DNA of 64,000 nt from Chloroflexota bacterium (GTDB lineage: Bacteria > Chloroflexota > Limnocylindria > Limnocylindrales > CSP1-4): assembly GCA_013698095.1 (NCBI GenBank), contig JACCVQ010000253.1:10014-74013 (forward strand). The letters run 5' to 3'. Below are positions 59,214-64,000 of this stretch, piece after piece. The notes beneath the pieces were generated by a model that saw only the letters and a program-made list of their open reading frames with translations, searched no databases and was not told the DNA's origin. The translations under genes and the position numbers were made by a program. Numbering within the stretch: the first letter of the stretch is position 1; each line of letters begins with the position of its first letter.

Positions 59214-60452
59214 CTAGCGGCGGCGCCGCGCGGCCGGACCCGGGGTGATCACGAGGAGTGTCGCGATCAGGCCCGCGATCAGCAGAAGCAGCAGACGGGG
59301 GCCGTCTGACGACTGGCTGGTCGAGCGGATCGTGTCCGTCGGCGGCGGGGTGGTCCCGCTGGTGACGGTCGGCGTGCCGGTCTCGGCCTGGACCTCGCCA
59401 CCCGTGTTGACGAACACGCAGTCGTAGTTGGTGTCGGCTTCGATATCGATCGTCAGGGTCGTACCGACGAGGTCACCGAATAGCTCGCCGAGCTGCTCGC
59501 CGATCTTCTCCGCACAATTGGCCCTGAGGATGTCAAAACCTTCCTGGCCCGCTTCGGCCATCGACACGGTGGTGATGTCGCCGGTCAGTGTGACGTCGAA
59601 GTCTGCCTCTCCGTTGCCATTGGTCGCGACCGAGTTCGTTGAGGCCGTGCCGCCATCGACGGTGATCGCGAAGGTCCAGCCCTGGCCCTCGATCAGATCA
59701 TCGGTGGTGGCCGCGTTGCCATCCACGTCGAGGAACTTCGTGATGGAGATCGTGGCCTCGTTCGACGGAACCGACGGCTCAACGCTCGGCGGGACCGACG
59801 GCTCGACGCTCGGCGGGATGCTGGGCGGGATGCTGGGCGGAAGCGACGGCGGATCCGACGGTGGATCGCTCGGCGGCGCGTCGCCCACCTTGAAGTTGTC
59901 GTTCTTCTGGGAGACCGAGCAGTCCTTGACGAAGTTCAGCGTCGTGGACGCGCCTCCATCGAAGCCCGGGCAAAGAGCGACTTCGGCAGCCGGGGCCAGG
60001 TCGAGGCTGTACTCGCCACCGGGGTTCGGGGTGTCGTCGTACGGGAACAGCTGGACCGGGACGCTCCCGCAGTCGCCATTTTCGCCCTCATCGTGGGTGC
60101 CGGTCGGACCGACGCCGGCAATGACGCCGTCGACGACTTCGACCTGGCGGGCCGAGATCGCGTCCGACGACAACAGCGTCGCGCCGCTCGGATCGGTCAC
60201 CTGGAAGTAGTACAGGCCGTCCGGCAGGCCGCCGTCGTTGCAGTTCTGGGGGCCGCCGTTGAGGTAGACGTCGGACTTGAGGTCGTAGCGGTTGGCGTTG
60301 ACCGAGGATCCGTCGGCGAGCGACGTCCAGATCGCGCCTGTCAACGGTTCCGCTGCGGTCGCACCGCCAACAGTCGGACCTGCTACCGCGCCGAGCACCA
60401 GACCCGCGACGACGAGCCATCCCAGGGCTCGAGTTCTCATTCGATGTCGCAT
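59214..60452 (-). CDS. secreted cell-surface protein: two beta-sandwich (prealbumin/Cna-B-like) modules, a Pro/Ser linker and a C-terminal TM anchor with a basic tail
   Basis: The signal peptide is MRHRMRTRALGWLVVAGLVLGAVAG. The linker reads PPSDPPSDPPSLPPSIPPSIPPSVEPSVPPSVEPSVP. The C-terminus reads ...TPPPTDTIRSTSQSSDGPRLLLLLIAGLIATLLVITPGPAARRRR. Domain calls are by pattern only. Confidence 0.72.
   Translation of the reverse strand: MRHRMRTRALGWLVVAGLVLGAVAGPTVGGATAAEPLTGAIWTSLADGSSVNANRYDLKSDVYLNGGPQNCNDGGLPDGLYYFQVTDPSGATLLSSDAISARQVEVVDGVIAGVGPTGTHDEGENGDCGSVPVQLFPYDDTPNPGGEYSLDLAPAAEVALCPGFDGGASTTLNFVKDCSVSQKNDNFKVGDAPPSDPPSDPPSLPPSIPPSIPPSVEPSVPPSVEPSVPSNEATISITKFLDVDGNAATTDDLIEGQGWTFAITVDGGTASTNSVATNGNGEADFDVTLTGDITTVSMAEAGQEGFDILRANCAEKIGEQLGELFGDLVGTTLTIDIEADTNYDCVFVNTGGEVQAETGTPTVTSGTTPPPTDTIRSTSQSSDGPRLLLLLIAGLIATLLVITPGPAARRRR
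59766..59880 (-). repeat. nested 12- and 24-nt tandem repeats encoding the Pro/Ser-rich linker
   Basis: On the plus strand: gaaccgacggctcaacgctcggcgg/gaccgacggctcgacgctcggcgg, gatgctgggcgg in 2 copies, then aagcgacggcgg/atccgacggtgg. Confidence 0.8.
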
Positions 60453-60690
60453 TTCTCCATCCCCTAGTTGAAGGCGCCGAATCGCTCCTTCCTGGCCCCG
60501 TGATCCCCGAAGCCTGCGAACCATGCGGCATCAGTCCTACCGGCGTCTAGTACGAAAGGTTCCCTATTGACGGTCCGTGTGCAATCGGTGTCGGCCTGGC
60601 CCCCACCGGACCGCGCCAGACCGCTCGCAACGGCGCACCGGCGTCCGACATGAAGCGTTGCCGGACGTCACCGACAGCTTCGTGCGCCGG

Positions 60691-61629
60691 TCAGTCATCG
60701 CTGGACTCGAGCACCCGCGTGAGATACGCCTCGAGCCGATCGAGCGCGGGATCGACGGTCGTCCCTGGCGGAGCGTCGCCCAGGAAGTCGAAGACCGTCC
60801 GAAGATCGTGATGGCGCCCACCGTGGGCGACGCCGCCGGCCGCGAGGAATGCCGCGCGAGCGTCATCGGCGGCATCGGGTCCGACTAAGACGACGAGGTT
60901 GACCCGGAGGTGGGCGAGGTCCGCCGCGGCGGGACCGAGCGACGCGGACGTCCAATCGACGACGCCACTGAGGCGGTCCCCGATCCAGAGGGTGTTGCCG
61001 GGATGGAAGTCACGGTGGAGGAACGTGGCGGGGCCGCGCGGCGGCCGCGCGGCCGCCGCGGTCCTCGCCGCCGTCCACAGCTTGGGTCGCCGGCTCAACG
61101 ACGGGACTGTCGCCGACGCCAGGTCGCCGAAGGGCTCGTACTGCGGCAAGCTGTGCTGCGCGCCCGGACGTGCGTCGAATGCAGCCGCTCCGACCCGCTG
61201 AATCGCGGCCAGGGTTCGGCCGAGCGCATCGAGCACGGCCGGCCGGCTCACCTTCCTCGCCGTCGGCGGGCCGCCGTCAAGCCGGCTCGTCAACAGGCAC
61301 GGAACGCCGGCCGCCGAGCCATCGGGATCAACCGCGACGAGTGACGGTACCGGGATCTCGTGCCCGGCGAGGAGTTCCAGGACGACCGCTTCCTTGGCCG
61401 GATCGAAGCCGACATCGTCCGTCTCCCAGCCCGGTCGAATCCAGCGCTGCAGGACCAACCGGTGGCGCCGGCCGGCGGCGCTGTCGACCGTCACAGCATC
61501 GGTTGCCTGGGCCACGCCGCCACGGAGCGAGGCGACGGACAGGACGCGCGCTCCGGGCCCGACAATAGCGCTCACCCAGGCAAGGTTCGCTCGTGTCGGC
61601 GGCGTACGCCAGGCCGGTCGGTCAGCCAT
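60691..61629 (-). CDS. aminoglycoside/choline-kinase-like phosphotransferase (APH family)
   Basis: The 312-aa product has the catalytic loop HRDFHPGNTLW and the metal-binding VVDWTSA. GAGGG lies 7 nt before the ATG at 61629. The rest of the 479-aa track ORF is out of frame over the upstream gene. Confidence 0.8.
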   Translation of the reverse strand: MADRPAWRTPPTRANLAWVSAIVGPGARVLSVASLRGGVAQATDAVTVDSAAGRRHRLVLQRWIRPGWETDDVGFDPAKEAVVLELLAGHEIPVPSLVAVDPDGSAAGVPCLLTSRLDGGPPTARKVSRPAVLDALGRTLAAIQRVGAAAFDARPGAQHSLPQYEPFGDLASATVPSLSRRPKLWTAARTAAAARPPRGPATFLHRDFHPGNTLWIGDRLSGVVDWTSASLGPAAADLAHLRVNLVVLVGPDAADDARAAFLAAGGVAHGGRHHDLRTVFDFLGDAPPGTTVDPALDRLEAYLTRVLESSDD

Positions 61630-62056
61630 GGGCGTGCCCTCGTCCGCCGCCGGCACGCGAGGCCTCGCCCGCCGCCCAGAGCTCGTGGAGCCGCGCGTCG
61701 TCGATGCCGAAGTGATGGGCGATCTCGTGGAGGAGCGTGGTCGCGATCGCCTCGCGGAGTCGCGCGGGCTCGCGGTTTGCCCGGGAGAGGGGCCCACGGA
61801 ACAGGGTGATCTTGCTGGGCAGCGGGACGTTGTCGACGCCGAACCGGGTTCGCGGCACGCCCTGGTACAGCCCGAACAGGCCGGGCGCGTCGACGGACGC
61901 GAGCTGGTCCGGGCTGGCCTCGTCCTCAACGACGATCGCGACGGAGCCGAGCCGCTCGAGGAAGGCGGCCGGCAGCGTGTCCACGACGTCGTCGATGACC
62001 TCGTCGAAGTCGACGTCGGCGCCGGGATCGGGCGGAGACGGCAGGCGGAAGTCCAT
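61622..62056 (-). CDS. small zincin-like metallopeptidase family protein (HExxH)
   Basis: It has the motif LLHEIAHHFG and the family-typical N-terminus (FDEVIDDVVDTLPAAFLERLGSVAIVVEDEAS). I chose the ATG at 62056 for its -10 geometry; the GTG at 62065 is the alternative. Confidence 0.75.
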   Translation of the reverse strand: MDFRLPSPPDPGADVDFDEVIDDVVDTLPAAFLERLGSVAIVVEDEASPDQLASVDAPGLFGLYQGVPRTRFGVDNVPLPSKITLFRGPLSRANREPARLREAIATTLLHEIAHHFGIDDARLHELWAAGEASRAGGGRGHAHG

Positions 62057-62069
62057 CGCGACCACGATA
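62054..62069 (-). promoter_or_regulatory. -10 box placed for a leaderless zincin gene
   Basis: On the minus strand, TATCGT (62069-62064), then 7 nt, then the ATG at 62056. Confidence 0.4.
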
Positions 62070-62115
62070 GACGAGGCAGCGCCAGGACCCAGGCGCCAGG
62101 TCTTGCCGAGCCAAG

Positions 62116-62131
62116 TATTGTCTGGCCCATG
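62116..62131 (+). promoter_or_regulatory. -10 box placed for a leaderless membrane-protein gene
   Basis: TATTGT (62116-62121), then 7 nt, then the ATG at 62129. No SD is present. Confidence 0.4.
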
Positions 62132-62599
62132 ACGATGAACCTGGAGGCCCGCCAGCGACCCGTGCGGCCAGCCGGCAGGTCGAACCGCGCCGTCGGCGCG
62201 GCCCTCGGCGCCGCGGTTCTCGCGGCGATCCCCCTCGTCCTCTCTGGGCTAGACGGCGACGCCGACCTCGATCCGATCTTCGCTGCTCTGGTCGTCGTGG
62301 CCCTCGTGGTCGCGGCGATCGCCGAGCGGCCCGCGAGCCGACAGGTTCGCCTCGTTGGGCGACTCCTGGCGCTTTCCTGGATCGGAGTGGCGGTCTGGGC
62401 GGCATTCCTCCTGGTCTGGTATCAGACGGCCTGCGGCTGCTCCTCGCCCGACCCGGCAAGCCTCCCGCCACCTGCCACATACGCCGGCCTGCCCGCGACC
62501 GCATTCCACCTGCTCGCGACGTTTGGCGGCGGTCTCCTCGTCGCGTTCGCCGCGTTCGGTCCAGCCCCGCTCGCCGATGAGGCCGCGGCCCGCGCCTGA
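62129..62599 (+). CDS. hypothetical membrane protein (about 4 TM)
   Basis: The 156-aa product, from an internal ATG of the 401-aa track ORF, has four hydrophobic segments (AVGAALGAAVLAAIPLVL, IFAALVVVALVVAAI, LLALSWIGVAVWAAFLLVW, FHLLATFGGGLLVAFAAF). The upstream part of the ORF is antisense to the kinase and zincin genes. Confidence 0.55.
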   Translation: MTMNLEARQRPVRPAGRSNRAVGAALGAAVLAAIPLVLSGLDGDADLDPIFAALVVVALVVAAIAERPASRQVRLVGRLLALSWIGVAVWAAFLLVWYQTACGCSSPDPASLPPPATYAGLPATAFHLLATFGGGLLVAFAAFGPAPLADEAAARA

Positions 62600-62672
62600 C
62601 GCCCCCGGACAGCATGGCCCGACGGCACCGCCCAATCCCCGCCGGGACGCCAGCGGCTACCATGGGCGACCC

Positions 62673-64000
62673 GTGACGACCCTCGCCCCGAACGACTTCA
62701 CGCATCTCCACGTCCACTCCGAATTCAGCCTCCTCGACGGGCTGGGACGGATCACGGACCTCGTCGATTCGGCCGCCGCGCAGGGCTTCGACAGCCTCGC
62801 AATCACCGATCACGGCGCGCTCTACGGGGCCGTCGCGTTCTACCAGGCGGCCAAGGCGAAGGGCATCAAGCCGATCATCGGGGTCGAGACCTACGTTGCC
62901 CGCCGGTCGATGACCGAGAAGGAGGGCAAAGCCGACGCCCAGCCGTTCCACCTGGTCCTCCTGGCCAAGGATCTCGTCGGCTACAAGAACCTCTGCCGGC
63001 TGGTCACCGACGCCCACGTCGACGGCTACTACTACAAGCCACGGATCGACCGCGAGCATCTCGCGAAGTACAGCGAGGGGCTCGTCGGGCTGAGCGCGTG
63101 TCTGGGTGGTGAGATCCCGCGGGCCCTCGAGATCGAGGACTGGGCCAGCGCCCGGACCCTGGCCGGCGAGTACCAGGACATCCTCGGCAAGGGCAACTTC
63201 TTCCTCGAGCTCCAGGACCACGGGATGCCTGAGCAGCGGGCGTTGAACGAGAAGCTCCTCCGCCTGGCCCCGGAGACGGGCGTTCCGCTCGTCGTCACGA
63301 ACGACCTGCACTACGTCCACGAAGTCCAGAGCGACGCCCAGGATGTCCTGCTCTGCATCGGCACCGGCAACAACATCGACACGCCGGGCCGGATGAAGTT
63401 CGCCGGCAACGACTTCTGGCTGAAGCCGGCGACCCGGATGGCGGCGCTCTTCCCGGACCAGCGCGAGGCGATCCTGAACACCCGCCGGATCGCCGAGATG
63501 ACCGACATCGAGCTGCCCCTCGGCCAGCTCCGGATCCCGCACTTCCCGGTCCCCGACGGCCACACCGCGGAGACCTGGCTCCGCGAGGAGTGCCAGCGCG
63601 GCCTGGAGGAGCGCTATGGGACGGTGACGCCGGTTCTCCAGGAGCGGCTCGACTATGAGCTCGGCGTCATCCTGTCGATGGGCTACGCCGGCTACTTCCT
63701 GATCGTCTCGGACTTCGTCCGGTTCGCCCGCAGCCAGCGGATCCAGACGACCTGCCGGGGCAGTGCCCCGGGCTCGATCGTGACCTACACCCTCGGCATC
63801 ACGCCGGTCGATCCGATCGCCTACGGCCTGCCGTTCGAGCGCTTCCTCAACCCCGACCGGGTGACGATGCCCGACATCGACGTCGACTTCGAGGATGAGC
63901 GCCGCGACGAGGTCATCAACTACGTCAGCCGCAAGTACGGCTCGGACCACGTCGCCCAGATCATCACCTTCGGGACGATGCTCGCCCGGGCCGCGATCCG
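62673..64000 (+). CDS. dnaE: DNA polymerase III alpha subunit, N-terminal fragment (3' end lies outside the window)
   Basis: This open frame is not in the track because it has no stop codon in the window. It starts at a GTG and shows the PHP domain: FTHLHVHSEFSLLDGLGRI, LAITDHGALYGAV, KPIIGVETYV, FFLELQDHG, VVTNDLHY. TACCAT lies 9 nt upstream of the GTG. Confidence 0.93.
   Translation, partial: MTTLAPNDFTHLHVHSEFSLLDGLGRITDLVDSAAAQGFDSLAITDHGALYGAVAFYQAAKAKGIKPIIGVETYVARRSMTEKEGKADAQPFHLVLLAKDLVGYKNLCRLVTDAHVDGYYYKPRIDREHLAKYSEGLVGLSACLGGEIPRALEIEDWASARTLAGEYQDILGKGNFFLELQDHGMPEQRALNEKLLRLAPETGVPLVVTNDLHYVHEVQSDAQDVLLCIGTGNNIDTPGRMKFAGNDFWLKPATRMAALFPDQREAILNTRRIAEMTDIELPLGQLRIPHFPVPDGHTAETWLREECQRGLEERYGTVTPVLQERLDYELGVILSMGYAGYFLIVSDFVRFARSQRIQTTCRGSAPGSIVTYTLGITPVDPIAYGLPFERFLNPDRVTMPDIDVDFEDERRDEVINYVSRKYGSDHVAQIITFGTMLARAAI

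Noticed and set aside
60453-60690. A long imperfect inverted repeat (about 60636-60690) and the small ORFs 60564-60875 and 60577-60888, between the kinase gene end and the surface-protein gene start.
   Set aside because: The stem contains mismatches and I could not define a clean terminator. The ORFs overlap each other on opposite strands and look non-coding.
61926-63950. 674-aa minus-strand ORF.
   Set aside because: It is antisense to dnaE, whose PHP-domain motifs are unambiguous on the plus strand. dnaE is missing from the track only because it has no stop codon in the window.

Overview
This is a very GC-rich window (about 70% GC by eye, with third codon positions almost all G/C). It is densely coding, and I can support about 54 protein genes. 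I found no rRNA, tRNA, CRISPR array, transposase, integrase or prophage gene, so it reads as core chromosome rather than a mobile or defence island.

Housekeeping genes: purH 3' end, metG, a TatD hydrolase, CIRCE-controlled groES-groEL, pcrA, ligA, gatC-gatA, gatB (13.7 kb further on) and the dnaE 5' end.

Three ABC-importer loci sit between them:
- xylF-permease-ATPase, next to xylA-xylB on the opposite strand.
- A LacI-headed minus-strand string: CUT1 binding protein, two permeases, a GH116 glycosidase, a SAM methyltransferase and an MFS transporter.
- A BMP-type nucleoside importer beside a Udp-like phosphorylase and adenosine deaminase.

Signalling genes are a membrane HAMP-GAF-GGDEF cyclase and a class III cyclase-STAND ATPase-TPR protein. 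The KQLIFDE-type GroEL N-terminus, CIRCE and the many leaderless-looking starts suggest a high-GC Chloroflexota- or Actinomycetota-like organism, but this is inference only.

Nothing matches a known defence or mobile system. The items most worth a second look:
1. A tight four-gene operon (Gfo/Idh/MocA oxidoreductase, vanadium-haloperoxidase-like PAP2 protein, CRTAC1-type FG-GAP/ASPIC protein, M24-like protein). It runs divergently from xylF and shares a roughly 20-nt motif with it.
2. A recurrent TANNNT-N6-8-start geometry at eight clear gene starts (weaker at dnaE and tatD), implying leaderless mRNAs, including two back-to-back divergent pairs.
3. Two genes (the MFS transporter and a CoA-binding protein) whose conserved N-termini have no ATG, GTG or TTG available.
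4. An 88-aa protein with 9 Cys and 6 His, a possible 7-codon upstream ORF, and a pair of 32-nt direct repeats just downstream.
5. Near-perfect GC-rich hairpins directly after the binding-protein gene of all three ABC operons.
6. 18-nt tandem repeats encoding hexapeptide repeats at the extreme 5' ends of two genes.

The many long Arg/Pro-rich ORFs in the track lie antisense to, or out of frame with, the real genes. They are high-GC artefacts.
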